Source: Leucoraja ocellata (lineage: Eukaryota). Taken from it: a stretch of DNA of 64,000 nt. Shown here piece after piece: positions 1 to 13,027 of the stretch. The notes below the pieces were generated by a model. The model had not been told where the DNA came from and did not search any database. It saw only the letters and a program-made list of their open reading frames with translations. Every line of letters begins with the position of its first letter. The stretch's first letter is position 1. The translations under genes were made by a program, and so were the position numbers. Where the stretch lies: the NCBI GenBank assembly GCA_036785375.1, contig JAWMAR010000087.1:3720001-3784000 (forward strand), written 5' to 3'.

Positions 1-714
1 GCATCAAGTTTGGATTGTTTCACAACATATAAAAGATTTACCGACAATTCTTATCTCCTGAACAGAAAATATAGACTAATCCATATGATATTCCCCATGG
101 CCCATATAATACTTCAGTAGGATTGTTTTTCCCCAACTTACATAACCTTTTATTGTACCTAAATCTATTACCAGTCACGGAATAGTATATTTTAAAGCAT
201 CCACAATGAAGCAATGATTCTTTGTTCTTTTCCACTTCTGGGCAAAATGCATTTTTTGGAAAGACTCTGCAAACGTCAATGCAGAATCTGCTTACACTGC
301 ATTTTATTTTCGGAACACATTTTATTAAATAACCACAGTTGGACAACAAAATCGGGTCTGGGTCATGATTACCATGGTAAATCATTAATTGTGCTTAAAA
401 ATGATTTACAATGGTGAAGACTTTAACTATACATGCAGGTATAAACTGCAGACACAAGGAAATCCAAAAGAAAATGTAATCCTTTAAATAGTAGATGTCC
501 CTGAACATTCATTCATGCCCTCCACCATGAGTGTACAGTGGTTCAGGTGTGTATTATCTACAAAGTATTCTGCAGTAATTTATATAGGGTGCTTTGACTA
601 GCCAAATTTGCAATTCCCAAGTATACTGGCAGTAGGTGCATCACCATCTGCAGATTTCCCAAATACACCATCCTCGTTTGGAAATATATCAAAGGTTTCA
701 AAGGTCTTTTAATG

Positions 715-1270
715 TCACTTATTATGTACCAATTAAGGCACAGTGATATGCAAATTACCATACAGCCGTACAAAAAAAAAAGCAATTAGGCACACAACTC
801 CATAAAAGTTAACCTGGACATCCATCACTGCCGATTCCGCACATTCCTCACTGTGATGGAAGGCAAAAAAAGTCCAATCTTCTTCCCTCTTTATTCTCCC
901 GCGGTCTGGGCAGTCGAACCATCCATCGGGGCGATCAAAGCTCCCGCAGCCGACGGTCGAAGGCCCCGCTTCAGGGCGGTCGAAACTCCCGCAGCTTATA
1001 GTTCCCGAAGTCGGTCTCTGACCAGAGATCGTGGGCTCCGTGATGTTAGGTCTTCAAGCACCCACGGTTGGAGCTCCGAGGTCGACCCCTGGCAAATGAA
1101 ACGCGAGCTCCACGATGGTTAGTCCGCAGGCGACCGCGGTGGAGCTCTCAAAATCGGTCTCCAGCGAAGGCCCCCAACTCCTCGATCTTAGGCCGCAGTG
1201 CGGACAGAGATATGCTACGGGAAAAATTTGCATCTCCATCGAGATAAGAGATTAGAAAAAGTTTCCCCCA
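715..1270 (-). mobile_element. CpG-rich non-coding retro-element, 5'-truncated copy
   Basis: The reverse complement aligns by eye with 11882-12575 (ggagatgc..., ctgcggcctaa, gcggact.accatcgtggagctcgcg, gccttccatca..gtgaggaat). Confidence 0.7.
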
Positions 1271-1643
1271 TTTCTTCTTTTGAAGAACATTCTGTTCCAG
1301 TGGGCAGAGTGCTCAGTCATTGAGAATTAAGATGGAGATAAATTTGAACACTCGGGAGGAGGAGTGAGGAGATAAATGGAGCAGAGTTAGAATTATCTTG
1401 ACCTCATTGAATTGCAGAGATTCAAGATGCTCCATTACTCTGTCTAAATCTACTCAATTCCACCGTGTTTGCACCTCAAGTACAATTTGATCCAATATGC
1501 TTTTATTCTTAATAATAAAAATTGTGCTAAAACCTAGATAAAATAATGTAATGCTTTCGTGGAGTGGCTTTTGACTGTTCTTATGGGGTTTTGTTTTTGT
1601 TTTTCACATTTCAAAATGTTGATTGTTGTTATTTTTTTTGCAG

Positions 1644-1776
1644 TGAACAAGTAGAAAACCCCATTCCCACTTTTATCACCCAGACTACCATTGAACCCGT
1701 TGCAAACCAAATTAACGTTGTGTCGGATCAACAGCCTTCTAAACAAATTACATTGCCTGAAATTATACTGACGTAA
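1644..1776 (+). CDS. BBOF1: Probable last coding exon of BBOF1/CCDC176 (basal body orientation factor 1)
   Basis: Strong acceptor (ttttttttgcag, 1632-1643), then EQVENPIPTFITQTTIEP...ITLPEIILT* with TAA at 1774-1776. The FITQ...LP pattern resembles the BBOF1 C-terminus as I recall it, and the tail-to-tail position with ALDH6A1 matches mammalian synteny. ATTAAA/AATAAA signals follow at ~1825-2095. Confidence 0.6.
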
Positions 1777-4379
1777 GAAATTGTAAAAACTGTTTTATGG
1801 TGGATTGGTAGTCCCAAAATGTGTATTAAAAAAAAATTCCTAAAATGAGAGTGCAGTTAAAGTGTGCACAACAATGATTAAAAAAGTGAATTTTAAAAAT
1901 GTAACATTGTCTCAAAGAGTTTTAAATATGAATGAATGAATGACTACGTTTATTGGCCAAGTATGTACACGTACAATGAATTTGCCTTGGTGCTCCGCTC
2001 GCAAGTAACAACACGACTTACAGTAACAATTAAGAATGACACATAAACATTAATAATAAAACATTATAGTTTAAACATGTGAGTGAAATAAATTACCAGA
2101 GCAAAAGGAGACTACAGACATTTGGCTATTGAGTAGAGCTGCTACTCATGGAAAAAAGCTGTTTAATATCATGTCATTTAGCTGAGAAAGAGGGCCAGAA
2201 TTCTACGTTGAGCAATGGAGAAGGAGGGAGCACATTCTAATTTTACCACCACTTAGCTATGATCCCAGCTCGATTACCCCAGGGCTAAGCAACCAAGGCA
2301 TTTAGGCATCATCCTGAAAGCAATGTATATGTTTTTTTTCTTTGTTCTTTTGCATATCTTTCATTCATTTATTCTCTGTACCATTTCATATCTCTCGTTT
2401 CCCTCTTCCCTGACGAAGGAACTGGACCCGAAACTTTGTTTTCTCCAGAGATGCCGCCTGACTCATTGGGTTGCTCCAGCTTTTCGTGTCTATCTTCGAT
2501 GTAAATCAGCATCTGCAGTTCATTAATTGGGGACGATCAGCCATGATCACAATGAATGGCTCAAAGGGCCAAAAGGCCTCATCCTGCACCTATTTTCTAT
2601 GCCTACACAAGTATATCTGTAGGTTTGTGTGTGGTGGAATGGTGTATCCAGTAGATGTTCAGCAACCATTTAAAACACTAGAGTAGAACACCAACTATTT
2701 TCCCTTTGGGCAGAGTTGGGCTAACTGTCCAACTTGTGGGGCTAGAGTTGAGAACTGTTGAGAAATTCAGTTTTCAGCCTTCCGATCCAGGCACTATCCT
2801 TTTGAATTTACTGTACTCTAGCTTACACACATCCTTCCTACAGCCTGGAAACTAGAATTGCACACAATACCCCAAGTGCAGCCCAATCAACACTTTGTAC
2901 AACTGTAACCCAAAGTGCTAACTCTTGTATTTAATGCCTCAGCTCAAGTTAGTTTGTCTCCAGAGACTGCCTAGAACAACCAGCAATCGTTTTAGTGAGA
3001 ACAGCTAGAGTATTTTTAAATGACAACACCCCCAATGCTTTTTGTCCCGATAGACAGCGAGCAAATCATGTGTCTTTCAGAAGACCACAGAATATCTTTA
3101 CGTTTTCTGTGAATCATATGTCATTCAAATTATGCAAAGGAAAAATGTGAATGTTTTGAAATCCATAAAATCACACAAAGCAGTTTTAAAAGGTTTAATT
3201 TGTCAACCTGCAGCAAGTGTTCTACATGATCAGATACAGAACATACAGCTCCCATGTACAGCCCAATGATTTACTAGCTTATTGACTGTTTTATCTGTTT
3301 TTGACGTGCATATTATCGCACTGATTTATTGTCCACAGAAACTTCCTTTCAATACAAAATTCACATTATCCGCTTAAAGATAGCAACAGGTTAGTTATAC
3401 AAGGAACAGAAAGCGCTACCTGTTTAATAGCCCAGTTGCACACACTCTTATCCACCTCCACTAGATATGACAAAGGCTAGTGCATTATCAGAAATTTGGG
3501 AGTGAATTGTCAGTCATTTGTGCATGGTTGAGACGTACTTGATAAATAACGGGCAATGTTAAAAAATACCCAGTTTTGAAATGTCTTTTATTCGTGCATG
3601 AATATTATCCATATTATATGTCTGGGGACTGCCGAATTACACCACACCCCAAAATTGTACAAAGTGCAAAAGTCAATGAAGAGAGATGAAGAACTTGTTC
3701 TAAATACAACGATGGAGAAAGTGATTGAGGCAAGAAGCAGTTTGAATTCAGGGTAGGACAAGCAGAGGGGCAGGTTAGGAGGAAAATGGGAATGAAGCTT
3801 TGTCATTATCCAGGTCTGTGCTACAACCAGAACCTCTTACTTACCTCTCCAGCCGAGGCTGCTGTGTTCTGATCATGAGCCAGAACCGTGCCAACTTCAC
3901 AATAACTCTGCTGCTTACCCTGCATGGGACCTGGTTCATCAAGTCAGTCCCAACTTGAGTTCATTTCAATCTATCTCTCAGTGTCTCACTGGACAAACAA
4001 CACTGAGTCGAGTCATTGCCAGAGCTCTTTCCATTTAATTTTGCCCAAGTGCACTTGTCTGAGAATCTCTCCTCAAATTATTCATTTCCTTATTAGCATT
4101 ACTGGAAAGCTCTTTAGAGTTCAAAATCACATCACAGTTTCACAATTGCAAGAGTGCATTTATAGAGGAAAAATTAAAAAAGTCACATTTGCTTTTCACA
4201 ACCAAGTATTGTTCATACATACATGTTTTTTTTTCTACATACTCGGACTGTATAATGTGTACCAACCAATCAAAAAAACAATTGCAAAACACATACTTAA
4301 TCAACTAACTTTGTTACATTGTCAACAAGCTGCAAAGATCAGCTAGATTACATTCCCCGGCACGTGTAATTTAAGGCTT

Positions 4380-4415
4380 GAGAGAGGGGGAGAGAGAGAG
4401 ATAGAGAGAAAGAGA
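4380..4415. repeat. (GA)n microsatellite in the presumed ALDH6A1 3' UTR
   Basis: Interrupted gagagag run. Confidence 0.8.
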
Positions 4416-4739
4416 GCGAGTAGAAAACTGAGCAAGCAATAGCTCAAATTGAAATGGGCACAAAATTAGGCCACTTGTTTAATATTTTGATGTATCTATA
4501 AACAGATGCATTGCCTGATTTTTGCAGCCGATCAAAAATACAGATGATTTTTAGTAATTACCAAAGTGATCAATATTTCCCCTCTCCTTTCAAATTCTGC
4601 GTACGTGCTTCTTCAAGTCATACAGGGTTAAGCTGCTCTTACCCTCCCACTCCCATCCAATTTCTCCACACGTTCGATCCATAAAGTTAGGACTGAGAAG
4701 TGTGTTGATCATGCAGCCTGCCACTTCAGCAATGTCAAC

Positions 4740-4844
4740 CTAGCGCCCGATTGTGGGCATGACAACGGCTGGGCTGGATAAAGTAGAGTCTTCTTCCTTC
4801 CACTGTGAGGTGACGGTTTTGACCTGAGTGTAGAACTGAATGCC
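4740..4844 (-). CDS. ALDH6A1: ALDH6A1 exon 12 (last coding exon)
   Basis: Acceptor ...tcgtag, then GIQFYTQVKTVTSQWKEEDSTLSSPAVVMPTIGR*; 105 nt; TAG at 4740-4742. Confidence 0.96.
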   Translation of the reverse strand, partial: GIQFYTQVKTVTSQWKEEDSTLSSPAVVMPTIGR

Positions 4845-4889
4845 CTACGATAAAGTCGAAAAACAAATCCGTTAAAGGCAGTACGTGTC

Positions 4890-5330
4890 AATCAATCAAT
4901 CAATCAATCATTATTGTCATCTTGCAAAGCAACAGTTGTACAGTGCAAAATGAGAAGACGTTTCCCAGGGGATACCGGAGCATTGCACATGAAACTTAAA
5001 ACATTTCACACATAATAACAGTAAAAACAATCCAGTCCCTGATGAAACAGTATAAATAGTTAAAAGCAGGTAAAACAGCAACATTAAAATACAGTAAGAA
5101 CAATCATTAAAATGTTCAGGGCAGCCGATTTGAGTGGCCAGTGCCAGTTATTAAAATGTCAGTGCAAAGCCGCAGAATCAGGTGACTGTGAGTACAGAGT
5201 GACTGTTTAGCAGCCTCACAGCCTGTGGCAGGAAGCCGTTTAACAGTCTGGTAGTCCGGGCTTTGATGCTACGGTATCTCTTGCCTGATGGCAGGAGATC
5301 CAGGTGTGTGTGGAGGGGGTGCAGTTTGGC
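4890..5330 (-). mobile_element. Rex1/Babar-like LINE 3' fragment
   Basis: Minus strand reads DLLPSGKRYRSIKARTTRLLNGFLPQAVRLLN and ends in gacaataatga(ttga)n. Confidence 0.7.
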
Positions 5331-5837
5331 CCTCGGTCAACATTGAGAACAGTGTTATTTCAGGTATTGTTGAGCTGTTGATGGATGGATAAGCCTGGAC
5401 ACCATCTTTCCCTTGAATGCTTTTTGACCAGGCTATTTAATGTTTCAGTTTTACTCTGGGGGGAAATTCCACCATTCAATACTAATCTGCTGGGAGAAAG
5501 CTCAAAACCAAAGACAAGAATTTCGAAAATGTTATAAAAATAAAACAGAACGATTACAATGAAGTATCGTACTACTTACAGAGATCCATTGGCCTTCAAT
5601 TGACATTGGCAAACATGCACAGGGATGGATATGTTGAGGGGGCAATGGCAGGAAATGGGAATGGGGAAACTGAAGTCAGGAGGTCGTAGAATTAAACCAT
5701 CAGGAACACATTCAGAATAGGCAATCTTTCTCCTGCCAATTTTTCACCACCAACATAGACACGGATGCATGTGCAAGCCAAATCCTGATCCTCATTAAAT
5801 GTAGACTTTTGTTTTTAAACGTGATATTAACTTCTAT

Positions 5838-6760
5838 ATAACCATATAACAATTACAGCACGGAAACAGGCCACCTCGACCCTTCTAGTCCGTGCCGAAC
5901 ACGTATTCTCCCCTAGTCCCATATACCTGCGCTCAGACCATAACCCTCCATTCCTTTCTCGTCCATATAACTATCCAATTTATTTTTAAATGATAAAAAC
6001 GAACCTGCCTCCACCACCTTCACTGGAAGCTCATTCCACACAGCCACCATTCTCTGAGTAAAGAAGTTCCCCCTCATGTTACCCCTAAACTTCTGTCCCT
6101 TAATTCTCGTCATGTCCCCTTGTTTGCATCTTCCCTCCTCTCAGTGGGAAAAGCTTATCCACGTCAACTCTGTCTATCCCTCTCATCATTTTAAAGACCT
6201 CTATCAAGTCCCCCCCTTAACCTTCTGCGCTCCAAAGAATAAAGCCCTAACTTGTTCAACCTTTCTCTGTAACTTAGTTGCTGAAACCCAGGCAACATTC
6301 TAGTAAATCTCCTCTGTACTCTCTCTATTTTGTTGACATCCTTCCTATAATTAGGCGACCAAAATTGTACCCCATACTCCAGAATTGGCCTCACCAATGC
6401 CTTGTACAATTTTAACATTACATCCCAACTTCTATACTCAATGCTCTGATTTATAAAGGCCAGCACACCAAAAGCTTTCTTTACCACCCTATCTACATGA
6501 GATTCCACTTTCAGGGAACTGTGCACAGTTATTCCCAGATCCCTCTGTTCACCTGCATTCTTCAATTCCCTACCATTTACCATGTACGTCCTATTTTGAT
6601 TTGTCCTGCCAAGATGTAGCACCTCACACTTATCAGCATTAAACTCCATCTGCCATCTTTCAGCCCACTCTTCCAACTGGCATAAATCTCTCTGTAGACT
6701 TTGAAAATCTACTTCATTATCCACAACCCTTCCTATTCTTAGTATCATCTGCATACTTAC
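5838..6760 (-). mobile_element. CR1 LINE 3' fragment (RT C-terminus)
   Basis: ORF 6191-6775 (LQRDL...WQMEFNADKCEVLHLG...RDLG...LYKALVRPILEY...QFWSP) plus ORF 5913-6113 (FFTQRMVAVWNELP). Confidence 0.9.
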
Positions 6761-7171
6761 TGCATTCTCTTCCATTAGGATGGCTCATACTTCTATCTGC
6801 AGGCCAGGTGCCACCAAAATTCCACGACTTTTTTGTCAAGATCACACAAAATTGCAAGAGTAGTGAATGCAGCCCAGCCTATTGGAGCCCAAAGACATGT
6901 TGGCCAAATCAACTGGAGGGTTATCTATGTATTTCTTTGAACACAAGAAGCTGGAGTAGGCCACCTGACCCTTCAAGCCTGCCCTGCAATTCAATATGAT
7001 CGTGGCCAATCTGCCCCAAGCTGAAAACTCCTCTTCTGTGCCAGTTCCCCAGAAATTCCTATTCCACAATCTCACAAATATGTACCTACCTCCCCATTAT
7101 ATACTTCCACGACCTAGCCTTCACAATCCCTTGAGAGTACTGCCAATTGTGCTTGGGCCCAGCATACTCAC

Positions 7172-7270
7172 CTGTTTGCCGTAAAAATTGGTATCGCCTC
7201 TGAACGAGCCTCTTGATCCAGTAAATGAGAACATGGGTAACGGAACTGGGATAGGCACATTGACACCAAT
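7172..7270 (-). CDS. ALDH6A1: ALDH6A1 exon 11
   Basis: [33 protein letters not shown]; 99 nt; AG/GT boundaries. Confidence 0.97.
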
Positions 7271-7374
7271 CTGAAAAGAAAGTCACTAATTATTTAAAAA
7301 AGGCAGAGCACACAATTTCACCATAATGGACATTGTCATGTTCTAAGCAGTTATCGACTGGTTGTGGATTATAG

Positions 7375-8490
7375 AGCCAGAGTGATAAGGTGTGGAAACA
7401 GGCCCTTCGCCCCAAATTACCGAATAGCGAAAGGCTTGGATAGAGTGGTTGTGGAGAGGATGTTTCCACTAGTGGAAGAGTCTAGGACTAGTCATAGCCT
7501 CCGAATTAAAGGATGTTCAGGATGTTCTTTTAGGAAGGAGATGAGGAGGAATTTTTTTAGTTAGAGGGTGTTGAATCTGTGGAATTATTTGCCACAGAAG
7601 GCTGTGGAGGCCGTCAGTGGATATATTTAAGGCGTGGATAGATTCTTGATTAGTACGGGTGTCAGGGGTTATGGGGAGAAGGCAGGAGAATGGGGTTAAG
7701 AGGGAGAGATAGATCAGCCATGATTGAATGGCAGAGTAGACTTTATGGGCCAAATGGCCTAATTCTGCTCCTGTCATTTATGACTTTATGGCCACACTGG
7801 CCAACATGACCCAGCTACACTAGTCCCACCTGCCCGCATTTGGCCCATATCCCTCCAAACTTATACTATCCATGTACCTGTCTAACTGTTTCTTAAATGT
7901 TGGGATAGTCCTTGCCCCCACTACCTCCTCTGGCAGCTTGCTCCATACATCCCCACCCTTGGTGAAAAGTTACCCCTCAAATTCCTATTACATTTTTTTC
8001 CCCTTCACCTGATACCTGTGAAGCCCTGACAACACCCTCGTAAAGCTTTTCTGTACCCTTTCAAGCTTGACAACATCTTTCCTATAACATGGTGCCCAGA
8101 ACTGAACACAATACTCTAAATGCGGCTTCACCAACGTTTCATACAACTACAACACGACTTCCCAACTTCTATACTCAATACACTGACTGATGAAGGCCAA
8201 TGTATCAAAAGCCTTTTTGACTACCCTATCTACCTGCAACTCCAATTTCAAGGAACCATGCACCTGCACTCCTACAACACTCCCCAGGGCCCTATTAGTC
8301 ACTGTGTAGGTCCTGCCAATGTTAGACGTCCCAAAATGCAACACCTCACATTTCTCTGTATTAAATTCCAAAAACCATTCCTCAGTCAACCTGGCCAATC
8401 GATCAAGATCCTGCTGCAATTTTTCACAGCCATCTTCACTATCTGCAAACCCACCTGCACACTTGTATCATCTGCAAACTTGCTAATCTT
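7375..8490. mobile_element. Nested CR1 fragments (a + copy inserted in a - copy)
   Basis: ORF 8147-8419 (-) WFLEFNTEKCEVLHFG; ORF 7364-7564 (+) GLDRV..ERMFPLV..SRT..SLRIKG. Confidence 0.8.
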
Positions 8491-8629
8491 GCCGTGTATG
8501 TTCTTGTTTGCAATTCCAAGAAAGCAATTCTCACTTGACAAGTTGCTTTAAAGATCGGTAAATTCAAAGTAGAGGGAAAGCAGTTTAGCAATAAATTTGC
8601 AAGTTGGAACAGATAGAAGAAAAAAAGGT

Positions 8630-9350
8630 ACGAGAAAGAACTGCAGATGTTGGAAAAACTGAAGGTAGATAAAAATGCTGGAGAAACTCAGCATTATATC
8701 ATTATAGTATTTCCAGGTGAGACAGAGGTTCATGTGCACCTTCTCTTACCTTATCTACTCCATCTGGGGCTCCCAATGTGGCCTCCTTTACATCAGTGTG
8801 ACCAAGGGTAGAATAGGCAAGCGAACACTTGTGCTCGTTCTAACCATTTTAACTCCACTTCCCATTCTGACATTTCTGTCCTGGGCCTCCCTCATTGCCA
8901 GAGCGAGGCCACGAACAGCACCTTTTATTCTGCTCGGGTAGCTGACAACCCAATGAGGTGAACATTGAATTCTCCAATATTAGGTAACTAACCTACACAC
9001 ACTCTCTTCCCTGTGCCCCACCTGGATGTGCACCCATTTCTCCTTTCCCCATCCCACTGTTCCCTTCCACCCATATTCCTTCCTCTGGCTTTAAATTTAA
9101 TTCATGCCTCTTTTATCATTATCTCACACTTTATTTTTTCACCTCTGGTCTTTGACCACCTGCCTCACCTGTATCCATCCACCATTTGCCAGGCTTTGTC
9201 CCAGGTCTCTTCCAGCTTCCAGCCCCCTACTGCAATCAGTATCAAGGGTCTGGATCCGAAACGTCGCCTTATCCATGTTTTCCTGAGATACTGCCTGACC
9301 AGCTGAGTTACTCCAGCACTGTGTGTCTTTTTTTGTAAACTGGCTACTGC
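8630..9350 (+). mobile_element. Penelope-like element fragment (GIY-YIG region plus terminal repeat, with an inverted 5' piece)
   Basis: VRQRFMCTFSYLIYSIWGSQCGLLYISVTKGR resembles a degenerate GIY-YIG N-terminus. A degenerate hammerhead (...gggtctggatccgaaacgtc) lies at ~9245-9267, and an inverted terminal-repeat piece at 8636-8692. Confidence 0.7.
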
Positions 9351-9514
9351 GGCTCGTTGTGTCGACATAGCACTGATAAGGGTTACAACTTACCCAATAA
9401 GAATGCAGAAACATTAGACAGCTGACAAATAATCCTCCTTTTGCCTTCTACACAAATCAAGCAGGATTCTCAAACATTTTGACCAGTTTAAACAAAACCC
9501 CGAATCCAGCACAG

Positions 9515-10176
9515 AAATAGAAATAGAAATAGAAATTAGGTGCAGGAGTAGGCCATTCGGCCCTTCGAGCCTGCACCGCCATTCAATATGATCATGGCTG
9601 ATCATCCAACTCAGTATCCCGTACCTGCCTTCTCTCCATACCCCCGATCCCCTTAGCCACAAGGGCCACATCTAACTCCCTCTTAAATATAGCCAATGAA
9701 CTGGCCTCAACTACCCTCTGTGGCAGAGAGTTCCAGAGATTCACCACTCTCTGCGTGAAAAAAGTTCTTCTCATCTCGGTTTTAAAGGATTTCCCCTTTA
9801 TCCTTAAGCTGTGACCCCTTGTCCTGGACTTCCCTAACATCGGGAACAATCTTCCTGCATCTAGCCTGTCCAACCCCTTAAGAATTTTGTAAGTTTCTAT
9901 AAGATCCCCTCTCAATCTTCTAAATTCTAGAGAGTATAAACCAAGTCTATCCAGTCTTTCTTCATAAGACAGTCCTGACATCCCAGGAATCAGTCTGGTG
10001 AACCGTCTCTGCACTCCCTCTAAGGCAATAATGTCCTTCCTCAGATTTGGAGACCAAAACTGTACGCAATACTCCAGGTGTGGTCTCACCAAGACCCTGT
10101 ACAACTGCAGTAGAACCTCTCTGCTCCTATACTCAAATCCTTTTGCAATGAAAGCCAACATACCATTCGCTTTCAT
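9515..10176 (-). mobile_element. Young CR1 LINE 3' fragment
   Basis: Uninterrupted 194-aa ORF (LYRVLVRPHLEYCVQFWSP...RRLRGDLIETYKI...) with a (TTTCTA)n tail; almost identical to 15230-15590. Confidence 0.92.
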
Positions 10177-10929
10177 TACTGCTTTACTTTACAACTGCTT
10201 TACTTAAATGAGCTATTTGGCCTGTGCTATCTACTAACTACCCACTTAATCTAATATTTTATCTCCTCCCCCCCTCCACCCCCAATATCTTCACTGCCCA
10301 GGAGATTCTACCACTCACTATACACCAAGAACAATTTAAAGAGGCCAATTAACTAATGAATCTGCAGATATTTAGAAAACCGGAGCACTGGAGGAAAGCC
10401 ACACAGAAACCCACAGGGAGAATGTTGTACAGAACTCAGCAGGGCAGGCAGCATCTCTGGAGAACATGGATTGGCGACGTTTTAGGTCGGGAACCTTCTT
10501 GATTGGCCAAGGAGGAAAACAGCAGAGAATAATAATTTGAAAGCTTTACACCCTTTTGCATTTTCCTTCACTGCTCAACATAACAGATAGAGTTAGCCAG
10601 TTTGCTTTGCATACCATTTACATCTGCACCAAAACTCTGCTAGAACGCATCAACTCATACATACAGTACCGGATGTTAGAATTGAACCTGGATCTCTGGT
10701 GCTGCAAAGCAACTCCTCTCCGAGCTGCACTGCTGTGTCATTGGCTTCTTATTGGTCATACTGAATCATGGCTTCACTTTCCTCTCAAATGTAATAGCTG
10801 CAGTAGGATAGCACGGCTTGGCCAACAACCAGAATGAAGTTAATACATCAAACTCCATCAATACCACAATCAGTTCTAATTAATAGCTGCACAGAGAAGT
10901 ACATGACAACCCTCATTCTGCAAACGCAC

Positions 10930-11109
10930 CTGGCCGACATCGACTTGGTGGGTGTATTTACGAGCGGTGGCACCGTTGGTGGTGAAGATGGCAGTGCCAT
11001 TTCCGTATGGGTTCTGGTTGATGATATCAACTGCTTCGTCTAGCGTGCTTGCCTCCAGCACAACCAGCACGGGCCCAAAGATTTCCTCAGTGTAACACTT
11101 CATGTGAGG
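10930..11109 (-). CDS. ALDH6A1: ALDH6A1 exon 10
   Basis: [19 protein letters not shown]...[28 protein letters not shown]; contains the ALDH EEIFGP motif; 180 nt. Confidence 0.97.
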
Positions 11110-11881
11110 CTGTGGAGGAAAACCAGCCGTGAATAACAACTTTTACACCCATTTGCATTTCTCTTCAGCGCTCATCACAACAGATAGAGTTAGCTAGTTT
11201 GGTCCGACGTTGGTTTGCAAGCCATTGACACCTGCGCCAAGAAACTCCGCAAGCAAGAATTTCAGTGTTTCATTGTCGGTACTTTCTTGACTCAAGGTAT
11301 TATCACAAAGTTTTAAAAACATTTGGACAGTACATGGATAGGATATGTTTAGAAGGACATGGTGTAAACATAGGCAGGTGGGACTAATGTAGATGGGGCA
11401 TGTTGGTCGGGTTGGGCAAGTTGGGCCGAAAGGCCTGTTTTCCAGTGTATGACTATTTTCCTGACATACGGGTCAAGAAAGGTTTGCCAGCAAAGTTGTG
11501 GGCAGTCAGAAATTGAGTCAAACCTGGTAACAGTATGTTTAAACTAGCCATGTGGTACTTGGATAAAACAATGAGATGTGATTTATTGAACCCCCTCCCA
11601 TCCAAATTTAAACGTGCAATCCAAATTCAGCAACCTACATGTAACCTGTCAGGGGAATAAGGGAGAAGGCAGGAGAATGGGGCTAGGAGGGAGAGATAGG
11701 CAAACCATGATTGAATAGGGGAGTGGACTTGATGGACCAAATGGCCTAATTCTGCTCCAATCACTTATGACCTAACCTTGATCATTTCATAACATTTGTT
11801 ATGTGTGTCAGGGGTATTGGGAGAAGGCAGGAGAATGGGGTTAGGAGGGAGAGATAAATCAGCCATGATTGAACGGCGGAG

Positions 11882-12575
11882 CTCCACCTGGTGGCGCCAG
11901 CAATGGCTGCCCCGCCAACAGTCCGTCTGACCCTTCCTTATTTGTTGTTTTTTTAAACTATGTGTTAAATGTACATTTTAGTGTTCTTCAGCATGTTTTA
12001 TGTGGGGGATGGGGGTTTGGGGGGGAAATTTTAATCTCTTACTTTGAGGGAGATGCGATTTTCCCCCTGTGTCGTATCTCCGTCTGCACTGCGGCCTAAC
12101 ATAGAGGAGATGGCGGCTTTTGCTGGAGTCCGAATTCGGGAGCTCCAATCGCGGGAGTCTGCGGACTTGCCGTCGTAGAGCTTGCGATCCCTGTCGGGGA
12201 TCGACCTCGGAGCTGCAACCGCAGCAGTCTGCGGACTTAACATCGTGGAGCTCGCGGTCCCTGGCTAAAGACAGACTTCTGGAGCTCCAAACCGCAGGAG
12301 CTTCGACTGCCCCGACGTGGGGGCTTCGATCGCCGGCTGCGGGAGCTGCAATCGCCCCGACTGCGGATGGTTCGATTGCCCGGACCGCGCCAGAATAAAG
12401 AGGAAGAAGATTGTACTTTATGGCCTTCCATCAAGTGAGGAATCCGCTGTGGTGGATGTTTATGTTAACTTTTATGTAGTTATGCGCCTTGTTGCTTATT
12501 TTAAGTATGGCTGTATGGTTATTCAAGTTTCACTGTACCCCAACTGGTACATGTGACAATAAACTGACCTTGGAA
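11882..12575 (+). mobile_element. CpG-rich non-coding retro-element, longer copy, inserted in a CR1 tail
   Basis: Interrupts the CR1 3' UTR (ttgaacggcgga | gtaaacttgatggg) and ends ...gtacatgtgacaataaa. Confidence 0.7.
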
Positions 12576-12845
12576 TCATTGAGTAAACTTGATGGGCCAA
12601 ATGGCCTAATTCTGTTTCTCTCACTTATGACCCAACCTTGATCATTTCAAGGGCTCCATTTACTTTAGTGCAAATCGCTAGGTAATGCAGTTGTAAGTTA
12701 GAGGCTAAGATTAATTCACTACGTGACCTTCTTGAGCTACTGGTGCAACCTTTGTTGGAAGCGAGTGGCCATTATAAGTACCAAAGAATGATGGAAATAT
12801 AAAGCAAGATGTCCCATGTTTAAGCAAGAAGTGACCTTTACTCAC

Positions 12846-13027
12846 CTTTACTCCAGCAAGGATGGTAGGTCCTACAAAGTTGCCTCTTTCATATCCTTTC
12901 ACTTTGACCTTGCGCCCGTCCAGCAGCAGTTTGGCGCCCTCGGTCACCCCACTCTGGACTAGATCGCACACCCTGGCCTTCGCCTGAGGTGAGATGAGGG
13001 GGCCAAGGTCAGAGCCCGGCTGGTCAC
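12846..13027 (-). CDS. ALDH6A1: ALDH6A1 exon 9
   Basis: (G)DQPGSDLGPLISPQAKARV...GNFVGPTILAGVK; 182 nt; phases fit neighbouring exons. Confidence 0.97.
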
